Below, one piece after another: positions 19,449 through 29,992 of a stretch of 64,000 nucleotides of DNA. Made by a program: the position numbers and the translations under genes. The stretch spans positions 2,507 through 66,506 of the forward strand of contig JAOAKO010000003.1 of NCBI GenBank assembly GCA_026413625.1, in the 5' to 3' direction. The DNA is from Candidatus Micrarchaeota archaeon. GTDB taxonomy: Archaea; Micrarchaeota; Micrarchaeia; CABMEP01. The first letter of the stretch is position 1. Each line of letters begins with the position of its first letter. The notes under the pieces were generated by a model. That model was not told the DNA's origin, did no database searches, and saw only the letters and a list, made by a program, of their open reading frames with translations.

Positions 19449-19880
19449 TCATACATCAATTATGACTTGACATCTCCAGCCTTTATTTATCTTTTCAACC
19501 TTAAAATGATGCATAGTTACTGCTTTTGCATCGATTACTATATCGTGCTTTTTAGGATCTATTTTTTCCCCGTATGCAACTGCATTTAGGACCATTTCTT
19601 TTCTTTCTTTTCTTATTTCAATCTTAAATTTGCTGAAAAACATTTGCTCTGCATCCTTTAGAAAGATAAGTTCATCTAAAAATGAGAACAAAAGGGATTC
19701 TTCGTCGTTAGCTCGCTTTTCTATCTTGAATTCAAGTTTCGGCTCTATTTTCATTGGGTCTCTGACCATTACTCCGAGCAATGCAACCCCAGCATCCGAA
19801 AACATCTCTTCGATAGTTTTTCCAGTTGCTTCGAAGGCGACATCTGCTGAAGTCAGCTCATGCAAATATTTGTATGGCAT
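19449..19880 (-). CDS. Archease
   Basis: ADVAFEA.G, FLDELIFL.D, AKAVTMH, IIDV C-terminus; downstream of rtcB. Confidence 0.95.
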   Translation of the reverse strand: MPYKYLHELTSADVAFEATGKTIEEMFSDAGVALLGVMVRDPMKIEPKLEFKIEKRANDEESLLFSFLDELIFLKDAEQMFFSKFKIEIRKERKEMVLNAVAYGEKIDPKKHDIVIDAKAVTMHHFKVEKINKGWRCQVIIDV

Positions 19881-19888
19881 CGTACCAC

Positions 19889-21346
19889 TCAACCTTTAAT
19901 GTTTGCAATAGGAATGAATCTTACAATCCTCTTTGAAATTCCTGCCTTTTCACATGTTTCAGTAACGTCATCAACAGATTTATAGGCTGCTCCCGCTTCC
20001 TCAGCTAAACCAGATAAACTGTCCGTCTTTACGATTATGCCTCTCTTTTCCATTTCTTTTTGAAGCTGATCTCCTCTGAATTGATGTTTAGCCTGGGCCC
20101 GAGACATTGTTCGTCCGCTTCCATGGGCGGTGCTTCCGAATGTGTTTTCTTCGGCATACTTTGTTCCAAGCAATAAATAACTGCCAGTTTCCATGGATCC
20201 ACCCAAAATCACCGGCTGCCCAAGCTTATAGTATTCTTTAGGTATCTCGTTATTTTCAGGTCCAAATGCTCTTGTAGCTCCCTTTCTGTGTACGATTACC
20301 TCTTTCCAGTTTCCGTCTACTAGGTATTTTTCTAGCTTGGCGGTATTGTGCGTTACATCATAGATTTGGTGCATTCCTAATTTTTCAGGGTCGGATTTAA
20401 ATACATCGCTGAAGACCTCTCTTATTCTATGTAGAATTACTTGCCTATTTGCAAATGCCATGTTCATCGCTCCTTTCATAGCTAAGAAATAATTTTGGCC
20501 TTCAGGTGAACTGAATGGAGCACAGGCAAGTTCTTTGTCAATTATCTTTATCTTATATTTAGATTCCATAACACTTAAGAACACATTGAGAGAATCAGTC
20601 GCCACTTGGTGACCAAACCCTCTACTTCCACAGTGAAACATTACTACTACCTGTCCGGGAAATATGCCTAGTTTCTTTGCAGCATCTTTATCAAATATAT
20701 TTTCCTCCTTAACAACCTGGATTTCAAGATAGTGGTTTCCAGAACCCAAGGTTCCTATTTGATCATATCCTCTCGCTATCGCTCTTGAGCTAATTTTAGA
20801 CGCATCTGCCTCCATACATCCCCCTTCTTCTGTTCTCTTAAGGTCTTCTTCCCAGCCATATCCCTTTAGAACAGCCCACTTTGAGCCTTCCTCTATGACT
20901 TTCTTAAATTCATCTTTGCTAATCTTTACAAAACCAGTGGCACCAACTCCGGAAGGAACTCGCTTGAATAACGCATCTATTAATTCTCTTAATTTCGGTT
21001 TAACATCATCAATAGTAAGATCAGTTCTTACTAAACGCATTCCGCAGTTTATATCAAAACCTACTCCGCCTGGAGAAATAACTCCCTCCGTTGTATCAAA
21101 CGCAGCCACACCACCGATCGGAAATCCATATCCCGAATGGCCATCAGGCATGACATAGGAGTATTTCTGTATTCCAGGTAGAGTCGCAACATTGGATGCC
21201 TGATCAAAAACCGCCAGATCCATTGTATCCAGCAGTCTTTTGCTTGCATAAACTCTGACCGGAACCCTCATCCCCTGCTTGAACGAAGGGGCGATCTCCC
21301 ATAAGTAGTCATTAACCTTTATGAAATTCGGCTTTTTGAAAGTCAT
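19889..21346 (-). CDS. rtcB: tRNA-splicing ligase RtcB
   Basis: MPDGHSGYGFPIGG, GFDINCG, GTLGSGNHYLE, HCGSRG, HRKGAT, STAHGSGR, EEA..AYK. Confidence 0.98.
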   Translation of the reverse strand: MTFKKPNFIKVNDYLWEIAPSFKQGMRVPVRVYASKRLLDTMDLAVFDQASNVATLPGIQKYSYVMPDGHSGYGFPIGGVAAFDTTEGVISPGGVGFDINCGMRLVRTDLTIDDVKPKLRELIDALFKRVPSGVGATGFVKISKDEFKKVIEEGSKWAVLKGYGWEEDLKRTEEGGCMEADASKISSRAIARGYDQIGTLGSGNHYLEIQVVKEENIFDKDAAKKLGIFPGQVVVMFHCGSRGFGHQVATDSLNVFLSVMESKYKIKIIDKELACAPFSSPEGQNYFLAMKGAMNMAFANRQVILHRIREVFSDVFKSDPEKLGMHQIYDVTHNTAKLEKYLVDGNWKEVIVHRKGATRAFGPENNEIPKEYYKLGQPVILGGSMETGSYLLLGTKYAEENTFGSTAHGSGRTMSRAQAKHQFRGDQLQKEMEKRGIIVKTDSLSGLAEEAGAAYKSVDDVTETCEKAGISKRIVRFIPIANIKG

Positions 21347-21436
21347 TTTTTCACCTAAACATGAAGTTCGTTAAATAAAATCTGTAGATATAATATATGA
21401 TATCATGTTTATTAATCTTTATCAGCAATTAGAATT

Positions 21437-22390
21437 ATGGCAGTAGAATTTCTTTTTCAGCTGTTCTTTCTAATAGCCTCACTTTTGGCTTTGGCCTTTT
21501 CATCAAAAGTAGTTTTAGATAGTGCAGATAAACTCGCATCGTATTTTGGATTGAGCCGGCTTGCAATAGGCTTCGTATTGATTTCGTTTCTGACAAGCCT
21601 TCCAGAATTTTCAATTGCAGTTTTGTCTTCGTTTTCGGGTAATAATAACATTTCATTAGGTAATCTGCTCGGTGCAAATGTCACTAATGTTGCACTTATT
21701 TTCGGGTTGCTTTTATTCTTATCCATAAAACCAGTCAAACTTAATAGACAAATACTAAACGATATGTTAGTTTATCTTTTCATTTCCTTCTTACCTATTG
21801 TTTTATTTCTTGACGGCTTTCTATCTTTAATTGATGGGGCTATATTGTTGATTATTTATTCAATCTTCCTTAAGATGATTTTAGATTCTAGGGAAAAGAC
21901 ATTTACATTCAATAATTTAGACAAAAAACAGGCTGCAAGAGAGTTTTTGACGCTTTTAATAGCAATACTAATCGTTTTCATAAGCGCTGAATTCGTAGTT
22001 AAAGTTGCAGTCGATTTAGCAGAATCTTTGAACATATTTGAATCGTTCATAGGCGCTACCCTTATAGCGTTTAACACCACCATTCCAGAGCTTGCTCTGA
22101 CTCTTGTGGCAGCAAGGAAAAAAGTTTCGGAAATAGCAATCGGCAATCTTATAGGAAGCAACATTGTAAATATAACATTGATACTTGGAATAAACGTTAT
22201 GATTAATCCATTTGTTCCAAATATCGAGATAGCAAGCCTGATTTTTGGATTTATACTCTTGACATCGGGATACGTGATATACAAGCTTCTTTCTTCCAGC
22301 TCCCTTGAAAAAAGAGACGGAATTATTCTTATATTTCTTTATATTCTTTATATATTCACACTTTCTTCTGTACAATTAATCCATGCGTGA
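21437..22390 (+). CDS. Na+/Ca2+ antiporter family protein
   Basis: Alpha repeats TSLPEF..GNLLGAN and TTIPEL..GNLIGSN. Confidence 0.92.
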   Translation: MAVEFLFQLFFLIASLLALAFSSKVVLDSADKLASYFGLSRLAIGFVLISFLTSLPEFSIAVLSSFSGNNNISLGNLLGANVTNVALIFGLLLFLSIKPVKLNRQILNDMLVYLFISFLPIVLFLDGFLSLIDGAILLIIYSIFLKMILDSREKTFTFNNLDKKQAAREFLTLLIAILIVFISAEFVVKVAVDLAESLNIFESFIGATLIAFNTTIPELALTLVAARKKVSEIAIGNLIGSNIVNITLILGINVMINPFVPNIEIASLIFGFILLTSGYVIYKLLSSSSLEKRDGIILIFLYILYIFTLSSVQLIHA

Positions 22391-23831
22391 TAAGATGTCA
22401 AACCAAATCATGCAAAGAAAATCAACAATGAATCTTTCAATAATCGAAGGAGGGCTTTACTCTGGCATGGTTGGATTCTGCCAATATTTCATCACCCCAT
22501 ATGCAATATTTTTAGGAATGCCTAATTTTATGGTAGGTTTGTTGCGTTCCATATCTTCTCTTGTTTCTGCCCTGGGCTTCTATTTTAGTATTTGGCTTAT
22601 GCAGTTTGAAAAAACAAGAAAAGAAATGATTTCAAAATACGTTTCATACCAGGCTTACATAATAATTTTTTTCCTTTTAATTCCATTTGTCCCTTTGGAT
22701 AGGTCTTGGATGTTCATATTTCTTTATTCTTTGTTCCTTTTCTTGGGTTCGGTCGTTTCCCCAATGTGGACTTCTTTAATGAAGGATGTTGTAGTGAAAA
22801 AAGAGAGAGGGACATATTTTGGAAGGAGAAATAAGTTAGCAGGCCTTTTTGAAGTCGCATCTTCGCTAATTGCAGGAGCTGTCCTTAACTATTTCACAGG
22901 CAACATCTATGTAGGCTTTATAACTATCTTTGTAGTGGCGTTTTTATTCAGATTAGCCTCTTCAAGGCTGCTTCTTAAGCATTGGGATCCCAATGGAAAA
23001 ATTTTCCACAAAGGGAAAAAGAAAGGAATGAAGTTTGAGTTTTTCCTTGTCAATGACAAGTATTTGAATAATCTTATTTTATTGGGAGGAGGAATGTTGT
23101 TCGCAACAAACATTGCAGGGCCGTTCTTTGCAGTATTCATGCTAAAGAATCTGAATTTTAGCTATCTTGATTTCACATTGGCAACGGTCGCTTCTACTAT
23201 TGCAACGCTCATTTCCCAACCGTATTGGGGTAGATTGATTGACAAATATGGAACACGCCCCGTTCTATTTTCAACATCAGTTCTTATACCTCTCGTCCCT
23301 TTGTTTTGGATTCCAGCAACAAATTTGATGTATGTCATAATAATTCAGCTATATGCTGGTGTCGTATGGGCAGGATTTGATCTTGCTGTATTCAATATGC
23401 TGCTTAAGATATCACCTAAGAATAAAACATCTCTGTACTCCGCTTCCTATAACGGAGCAATTTCTATTCTTACATTCTTAGGAATGTTTCTTGGAAGCAT
23501 ACTGATTTTAATTTTGGATAGCATTGATGCCCAAATACTCAATAGCATTCAAATTCTTTTTCTCATTTCTGGAATCTTGAGATTTTTAGTGGCTGCAGTT
23601 GTAATTCCAAGAATTACTGCACAAATGCAGGTAAATTCATTAAATTTCTTTCTTAAGACAATAACAGTATATCCTATTAAAGGAGTTTTATCGGAAGTCG
23701 AACAAGGAACTGTTTTTGCAGAGCAAATAGTAATATCAACTTCAAAACTCATATTCGACCCCCTAGGTTCATTCAAGCGCATTAGAAAAGGATTTCAAGC
23801 AAGCATAAAATTAATAAGTGCAAAGAGATAA
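22383..23831 (+). CDS. MFS transporter
   Basis: About 12 TM helices; WTSLMKDVV..ERGTYFG.R, WGRLIDKYG.RP. Confidence 0.9.
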   Translation: MRDKMSNQIMQRKSTMNLSIIEGGLYSGMVGFCQYFITPYAIFLGMPNFMVGLLRSISSLVSALGFYFSIWLMQFEKTRKEMISKYVSYQAYIIIFFLLIPFVPLDRSWMFIFLYSLFLFLGSVVSPMWTSLMKDVVVKKERGTYFGRRNKLAGLFEVASSLIAGAVLNYFTGNIYVGFITIFVVAFLFRLASSRLLLKHWDPNGKIFHKGKKKGMKFEFFLVNDKYLNNLILLGGGMLFATNIAGPFFAVFMLKNLNFSYLDFTLATVASTIATLISQPYWGRLIDKYGTRPVLFSTSVLIPLVPLFWIPATNLMYVIIIQLYAGVVWAGFDLAVFNMLLKISPKNKTSLYSASYNGAISILTFLGMFLGSILILILDSIDAQILNSIQILFLISGILRFLVAAVVIPRITAQMQVNSLNFFLKTITVYPIKGVLSEVEQGTVFAEQIVISTSKLIFDPLGSFKRIRKGFQASIKLISAKR

Positions 23832-23867
23832 ATATATTGGAGATTTAAGCTCATACAGAGTGATTAG

Positions 23868-24374
23868 ATGCAGATCGTTAAGATTCCGGCAGAAAGAATA
23901 AAGGTATTGATGTCAAACGCCAGGTATATAGAAGAAAAAGGTGACATTGAGATTTCGGTGTCAAATGAAGAAGGCATAACAATAAAGTCAAAAGATCCAG
24001 TTGCTGAATGGAAGGCAATAAATGTTATCAAGGCAGTGGGAAGAGGATTCAACCCAACCATAGCTGTAAATCTGTTTAGCGACGATTATGTTCTCCATAT
24101 AATCAATCTCAAAGATATATTCGACAAGGAAAAGCAAAGAATAAGAGTAAGAGCAAGACTGATAGGAACTAAGGGAAAGACACGTGCTATAATAGAGGAG
24201 ATAAGCGGGGCGTTCGTCTGCATTTATGGAAATACAATAAGTTTTGTTGGAAAACCGGAAGAAGTTTCTATAGCAGCTGAAGCTGCAAATATGATAATAA
24301 ACGGAGTAAGCCACGGTGCGGTTTATATGTTTTTGCAGAAAGAGCGGAAAAGACTTGAATCGCAAAAAATATAG
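23868..24374 (+). CDS. KH-domain pre-rRNA processing protein (Pno1/Dim2)
   Basis: VIKAVGRGF.P, RLIGTKGKTR..IEE.SG, G..HG.VY. Confidence 0.92.
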   Translation: MQIVKIPAERIKVLMSNARYIEEKGDIEISVSNEEGITIKSKDPVAEWKAINVIKAVGRGFNPTIAVNLFSDDYVLHIINLKDIFDKEKQRIRVRARLIGTKGKTRAIIEEISGAFVCIYGNTISFVGKPEEVSIAAEAANMIINGVSHGAVYMFLQKERKRLESQKI

Positions 24375-24518
24375 CCATATTCCGTCGTTATTTTTTTAAT
24401 TTTATAGGGTCATGTTTATAATCTTTTCTTAACTTATTAATATTAGAGATAATTTCGTATACTGAAGATCGTGTTGAGATCAACACTCTTCTTTTATTTA
24501 TTTCGACCAGGTGTTTAT

Positions 24519-26255
24519 ATGGAACAAAAGGATCAAATATCACAAACTAGCGTAGGGGAAATACCTAAGGTAGGTTCAGAATCAATAAAAACCGCCGATT
24601 TGAAATCAACTAAAATAACGGCAGGTGTGCAAGAAGTACACAGCCAAGAAATATTCTCTGAGTTTCGCGAGCATTCTGTTGCAGAATTCTTTAAGAAAAA
24701 CAGGCAAATGCTTGGCTTTTCAGGAAAAGTTAGATCCCTTACTACTTTAGTACATGAATATGTAACAAACAGCTTAGATGCTTGCGAAGAAGCTAAGATT
24801 TTGCCAAATATTTATGTCAAGATAGACAATCTTCCAAATGGCCACATTCGTCTATATGTCGAAGATAATGGACCAGGAATTCCAAAGCAATTCATTGGAA
24901 GGGCGTTAGGACAGATGCTTGCAGGTACAAAGTTCCACAGGTTTGTACAGCAGAGAGGCCAGCAGGGTATAGGTGCAACCGGAGGAACGATGTACGCGCA
25001 AATAACCACTGGAAAGCCAATACATTGCCGTTCAAGTACTGGAGATAACATTATTTACGAGTGCGATGTTGCAGTTGATTTGAAAACAAATTCTCCAAAA
25101 ATTTCAAATATGGTGGAGTACACTGGAAAATATAGGGGATTAACCATAATCGGCGAATTCGGTGAGGTAAAATACGACAAAAGCGAGTACTCTGCATTTG
25201 AGTATCTTAAGGCTACCGCACTCGCTAACCCCCATGCTCAGATAACTATAGTAGATCCCGAAGGAGAGAGAACAGTGTTTCAGAGAGCACATGAGGAGGT
25301 GCCAGAACGGCCAAAGCCAGCGCAGCCTCATCCTTTAGGCGTTACGACCGATGATCTAATCAATTATGCACATCACTCAAAAGAAAGGAAGCTTTCGTCA
25401 TTTTTAACCTCTAACTTTGCTAGAGTTTCAGATTCAAAGGTTGAAGAATTAAAGAAATTATGTCCTTCTATAAATTTTGACAAGATGCCGAGAGAATTGA
25501 AATGGGAAGAAGCAGAGGCCATAGTTCGCGCATTTAAGCAAATAAAATGGATCGCCCCTTCAGCTGATCCATTGAGGCCTATAGGCAAGGAGCAGATAGA
25601 GAAGGCGTTGAAGAATGTTCTTCAACCCGAATTTGTTTCTGTTTCTGAGAGAAGTCCGAAAGTATTCAGAGGTGGAGTTCCGTTTTTAGTTGAAGTAGGA
25701 ATCGCATACAAGGGTAAAGCAGGCAGGCAGAAGTCAGACGGAACGGTTGGGTTGGATGTTAAGAGATTTGCAAATAGAGCACCGCTCCTTTTTGATGCAG
25801 GAGGCTGTGCCACCATGGAAGCGGTAAAAACCATAGATTGGGGAAGATATGGTTTAAAGGACATAGAAAATATGCCGGTCACTCTTTTCATGAATTTGGT
25901 TTCGGTTCATGTTCCATACACAAGCGCCGGAAAGCAAGCAATATCTAACGAAGAGGAGATAGTTGAGGAATTCAGATATGCGATCATGGAGGTTGCGAGG
26001 GATCTCGACCGATACCTATCAGGTAAAATACGTGATGAGCAGAGAGAAGCAAGAAAGAAGGCGATTATGAGATACGTGAAGCAGATTTCTTCTGACCTTC
26101 CATATCTGGCAGGTGAAAAAACATCGGAAGAGCTAGAGAAAAAACTTTTGCACATCATCGAGTCCAAATATTCAAAGATGTTCGATAAAGGAAGGCTTAC
26201 TGCCGATGAAGAAAAGCAGATAAAGAAAGAGATAGAGGAAGATATTGAAGAATAG
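24519..26255 (+). CDS. top6B: DNA topoisomerase VI subunit B
   Basis: AEFFKKN..MLGF, HEYVTNSLDACEE, EDNGPGI, RGQQGIG, RFANRAPL, VPYTSAGK. Confidence 0.97.
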   Translation: MEQKDQISQTSVGEIPKVGSESIKTADLKSTKITAGVQEVHSQEIFSEFREHSVAEFFKKNRQMLGFSGKVRSLTTLVHEYVTNSLDACEEAKILPNIYVKIDNLPNGHIRLYVEDNGPGIPKQFIGRALGQMLAGTKFHRFVQQRGQQGIGATGGTMYAQITTGKPIHCRSSTGDNIIYECDVAVDLKTNSPKISNMVEYTGKYRGLTIIGEFGEVKYDKSEYSAFEYLKATALANPHAQITIVDPEGERTVFQRAHEEVPERPKPAQPHPLGVTTDDLINYAHHSKERKLSSFLTSNFARVSDSKVEELKKLCPSINFDKMPRELKWEEAEAIVRAFKQIKWIAPSADPLRPIGKEQIEKALKNVLQPEFVSVSERSPKVFRGGVPFLVEVGIAYKGKAGRQKSDGTVGLDVKRFANRAPLLFDAGGCATMEAVKTIDWGRYGLKDIENMPVTLFMNLVSVHVPYTSAGKQAISNEEEIVEEFRYAIMEVARDLDRYLSGKIRDEQREARKKAIMRYVKQISSDLPYLAGEKTSEELEKKLLHIIESKYSKMFDKGRLTADEEKQIKKEIEEDIEE

Positions 26256-26290
26256 TTTAAACTACATTTAATCGCGATTATGGTGATAAT

Positions 26291-27436
26291 ATGGCAAAAA
26301 AGAAGGAAATTTCTCTTGAAAAATCAGATGCATCGCTTACAAAAGAAGACATAATTGTGAAGGAGAAATTAACATCATTGGGAAAACAGCTTATCAAGGA
26401 AATTGAGGCGGGTCAATCTCCTTACTTCGAGACAGTTGTGAGGGGAAGATCAAATGTTTTGCACGGCGAAGAAGGGTATCTGTACCTTGGCGATAAAAAG
26501 GAAAAAAGAGTTTTTCTAAACGTTGCGCAGGCAAAGAAATTCATGCAAACAGTTGCGGTCGCAGCAAAATGCAAAAAATTCAAAGAAGAAAATCTCCATA
26601 CTTCCATAAGAGGTCTTTTCTATCAGCTTAAGTTCACTTTGGGAGAAGATTTGGACGAGGAATTGTTTGAAGAGCAATCAGAATCTAACGAGCTCGTTGA
26701 AGATTTAGAGGTTGCTTTAAATCTGAAGAGAGAGGATCTTAATTTAAGCACTGACCGAAAAGGAGTCGTAGCTGGAAACCTTGTAATAAGAGACAAATTC
26801 GGAGGGGAGGAAACTGAGATCGACTGCACTAAGCAAGGTCGTTCTGGTTGGATGATTCCTTCAGATGTAGATAACGGAATGGAGTTTATAGATGTTGATG
26901 TCGATTACGTGTTGGTAATTGAGAAGGATGCACTTTGGCAAAGACTTAACGAAGACAAGTTCTGGAAAAAAGAGAACTGCTTAATAATAACTCCAAAGGG
27001 TCAGGCTTCAAGAGGATGCAGAAGGCTTATAAGAAAACTTGCCGATATGAAACTTCCGATTTATTGTTTTATGGATTGCGATGCATGGGGATGGTACATC
27101 TATTGGACAATCAAAACCGGAAGTATGAATCTTGCTTATTTAGGCAGAAATATCGCAACACCAGAAGCAAAGTTTATAGGCGTTACGATGTCTGATATTG
27201 AGAGATACGACTTTTTAAAGAAACTTACAATAAACGCAAAAGAGGTCGATCTTAAAAGGGCAGAGGAATTGCTTTCCTACCCTTGGATAAGCAGGCACCA
27301 AGATTGGGTTAAGGAATTAAAGATAGTTTTAGACACTAAGAAAAAGATAGAGCAAGACGCTTTGCAAGGGCCGCGTCTTACATTCGTAGGAGAGTATGTG
27401 CGAGAAAAGGTTGAAAATAAGCAATTCCTATATTGA
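26291..27436 (+). CDS. top6A: DNA topoisomerase VI subunit A
   Basis: SIRGLFY, EQSES...EDLE, VIEKDA...RL.E, KGQ, DCDAWGWYI, EQDAL. Confidence 0.97.
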   Translation: MAKKKEISLEKSDASLTKEDIIVKEKLTSLGKQLIKEIEAGQSPYFETVVRGRSNVLHGEEGYLYLGDKKEKRVFLNVAQAKKFMQTVAVAAKCKKFKEENLHTSIRGLFYQLKFTLGEDLDEELFEEQSESNELVEDLEVALNLKREDLNLSTDRKGVVAGNLVIRDKFGGEETEIDCTKQGRSGWMIPSDVDNGMEFIDVDVDYVLVIEKDALWQRLNEDKFWKKENCLIITPKGQASRGCRRLIRKLADMKLPIYCFMDCDAWGWYIYWTIKTGSMNLAYLGRNIATPEAKFIGVTMSDIERYDFLKKLTINAKEVDLKRAEELLSYPWISRHQDWVKELKIVLDTKKKIEQDALQGPRLTFVGEYVREKVENKQFLY

Positions 27437-27643
27437 TGCTAATGGACTATCAATGTCAAGATTTAAAACAAATTTTGCAATTTTGTTTCTTTTTTATCAT
27501 TTTTATCATTTTTTAGAACAAACACTATAAAATGGAACATGTTTTATAAAATACACAATATATAGTATGTTTTTTATTCGTTTAATGTCGTAAATTCCTG
27601 AATTTTCAGAAACATTTTTAAATCCCAATTCCTCTTATATTTT

Positions 27644-28957
27644 ATGGTAGTCCGCTCTCTTCGTGATTCAACTCTGCTTATTGCAGAGGCAAATTCTTTC
27701 TTGGATCGTTTAGAACGACCAAAGACAATGAAAGAAATCGAAACCAATCTGCGTTCGCTTACACATATCAAAGACGAAATGATGGCTGCAGGCTTTAATG
27801 CCACTTTTCCGGAGCTTATGCTTAATCTAAAAGCAGAACTTACGGACGAAGAATTACCTTCAGACATCTCCAAGCAGCTAAGGTCTCTTAGAGAATTTGC
27901 AAACCTTAAGAAATATACTCTTAACAGAGTCAAAATCGCGATTGCATCCCACAATATCCTTTATAATATGTTACAGCGTGGAACTGTATATCCATTTGCC
28001 GAATATCTTCCATACGATGGCCAGTACCTATACGATCTAATTTACCTAGGTGAGCCTGCAATAAGGGCGTATAACGCAATAAATACCATACTTTCACAGA
28101 AGGAAGAAAGCAAAGGGGGAGAGTATACGGTAGTGATATCGATCGATGGAAAGAAGCAAAAAATAAAATTAGATTCGAATCAAAATCTTGGCGAAAGGGT
28201 AAAAAGAGTATATGGAGACGGGGCGACAATATTAAGCATAACCAAGCGCAGCACAGAAAAACCATTGGTTAACGGTAGAAGTAATAGGGTAGCAATTGCT
28301 TCGGCGTATGCCAGACTTGCAACTACAATCGTTTACCCCAAATTCACCAAAGGACCTATATTCACAAATGAGATACATAAAATATATTCTTCAATATTGT
28401 CGAAACATGGTTTATCTTCCGAAACTAGAATAGATCTGATAGAAACGAGAGAAGAACTCGAAGACGAACTTTATTCGAAAAAACTGTTATTTGAGCAAAA
28501 CAATGTGAAAATTTTACATCCTGACGTAGTTCAAGCAATAACAAAGAATAGGAAAAAAGTCAATAGAGAGACAGTCAAAGAAGCAGAAAGACTTCTAAGC
28601 GAGGACATATTCTACTTCTTTATGACTGAATCAAAGAAAACAAGGACAGCCTATCCATTATTCAAGGGAATATCTGGCGAAGTGGACGCAAGGCTATCAT
28701 TTTTGAATAAGTCATTTGCAAAGAATTCGATAGAGATTATAAAAGAAAAGATAACGCTTGAGTCTTTAGTCCCAACTTCGAGCAAAGAGCTCGCTGCAGT
28801 GCTTATGCTTAACTCAGGCAAATCAAAAGAATGGTGCATGCAAAAGTTTAATTTATCAGAAGCAGAGTTGGATGCAGCAAAGTCAAAATTATCTCCTTAC
28901 TTAAAGAACGTATCTTCCCAAGCAAAAGAATTCTTAGATCTGCTAAGGCAGAAATAA
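27644..28957 (+). CDS. Conserved archaeal protein, probably DUF530 family
   Basis: N-terminal S..LIAEAN.FLD, KKYTLNRVKIAIASH, YLPYDG.Y, YPLF. Confidence 0.7.
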   Translation: MVVRSLRDSTLLIAEANSFLDRLERPKTMKEIETNLRSLTHIKDEMMAAGFNATFPELMLNLKAELTDEELPSDISKQLRSLREFANLKKYTLNRVKIAIASHNILYNMLQRGTVYPFAEYLPYDGQYLYDLIYLGEPAIRAYNAINTILSQKEESKGGEYTVVISIDGKKQKIKLDSNQNLGERVKRVYGDGATILSITKRSTEKPLVNGRSNRVAIASAYARLATTIVYPKFTKGPIFTNEIHKIYSSILSKHGLSSETRIDLIETREELEDELYSKKLLFEQNNVKILHPDVVQAITKNRKKVNRETVKEAERLLSEDIFYFFMTESKKTRTAYPLFKGISGEVDARLSFLNKSFAKNSIEIIKEKITLESLVPTSSKELAAVLMLNSGKSKEWCMQKFNLSEAELDAAKSKLSPYLKNVSSQAKEFLDLLRQK

Positions 28958-28994
28958 TTTTTTTGTTATTTAGCATATATTCAAAGTGGAAGCT

Positions 28995-29357
28995 ATGAAT
29001 GACGATGAGATTATAAAGCGCAAAGTAACGATAAGAGACATAGTCAATATACTTAATCGCCCATATAAAGTAAAGAGAATAAGACTAAGCAAAGGCGCAT
29101 ACAACTTTCTTCCTAAAAAGGCGCTGAACACGCTTAACAAAATGAAAATAAATATAGAAATAATCGAATTGAAAAGAGGACCGGGAGTAAAAGTTGACAG
29201 GGAAAAAATAGCTATGTTGTATAAATCCGATGTAAACGCATATGAGATATCAAGGCGATTAAAAATTCCACTGAGGACTGTTTATTACCATATAAAGCAG
29301 ATAAAAAAAGACGAGAATGGCTATGTGTTAAAGCAAACTCAAGGCAAAGGAATTTAA
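28995..29357 (+). CDS. DUF1699-like protein with C-terminal HTH
   Basis: C-terminal AYEISRRLKIPLRTVYYH HTH; N-terminal alpha/beta region. Confidence 0.6.
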   Translation: MNDDEIIKRKVTIRDIVNILNRPYKVKRIRLSKGAYNFLPKKALNTLNKMKINIEIIELKRGPGVKVDREKIAMLYKSDVNAYEISRRLKIPLRTVYYHIKQIKKDENGYVLKQTQGKGI

Positions 29358-29390
29358 ATTTAGAGCTGTAATAATAATACGCTTCACTTT

Positions 29391-29483
29391 GCCTCGGTAG
29401 CTCAGTTGGTAGAGCGTGTGGCTGTTAATTTTGTGTTTTATGCAGAAACCACAAGGTCGGAAGTTCGAGTCTTCCCCGGGGCG
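29391..29483 (+). tRNA. tRNA-Asn(GTT) with 20-nt intron (29428-29447) at 37/38
   Basis: GCCTCGGTAGCTCAGTTGGTAGAGCG-TGTGG-CTGTTA-[intron]-A-CCACA..GTTCGAGT..CCGGGGCG; central helix CTGT/GCAG. Confidence 0.93.
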
Positions 29484-29493
29484 CTTTAAATCA

Positions 29494-29988
29494 TTACTCT
29501 TTTTCGATGTTGACAATATCCCCAGTCGATATATTAAATTTTGAGGAGAAATTTTGATTAACTTCAAGCGCATATTTGATTTTGCTTTTTGGAGAGTATA
29601 TTTTGCAATTGAAGTAGCCGGGTTGGCAAGGATCCATTTTTGTTATCTCAGTAACTATAAAATTGGAATCGATGAACATTACTTCTAGAGGTATTAGCGT
29701 GTCCTTCATCCAGAATGAATGATATCCTTCGCTTTCAAAAATAAATAGCATGCCTTCGTTTATTCCAAGTGAAGTTGTATTCATCAATCCCGTTTCTCTT
29801 TTTTCTGGCGTCGCAGCAACCTTCGCGTATATTGTTGCGTTTTTAATTTTTATGACTACTGTATCCTTTTCAAATGCGTAACTCAGATCTTTATTAGAAG
29901 ACCCGTGGTTTTCATAATTAACTAAAATAACTACTAGCGCTAACGCGAAGAATAAAATGGCAACATGGAGCCTTTTGACTTTAAACAT
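29494..29988 (-). CDS. DUF192 family protein
   Basis: A.TPEKRETGLM, GMLFIF, FWMKDTLIPL, YALEVN; N-terminal TM. Confidence 0.93.
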   Translation of the reverse strand: MFKVKRLHVAILFFALALVVILVNYENHGSSNKDLSYAFEKDTVVIKIKNATIYAKVAATPEKRETGLMNTTSLGINEGMLFIFESEGYHSFWMKDTLIPLEVMFIDSNFIVTEITKMDPCQPGYFNCKIYSPKSKIKYALEVNQNFSSKFNISTGDIVNIEKE

Positions 29989-29992
29989 TCTC

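Noticed and set aside
27437..27643. AT-rich spacer with TTTTTATCA tandem
   Set aside because: Consistent with an ordinary T-tract terminator and promoter; too short and low-complexity to call more
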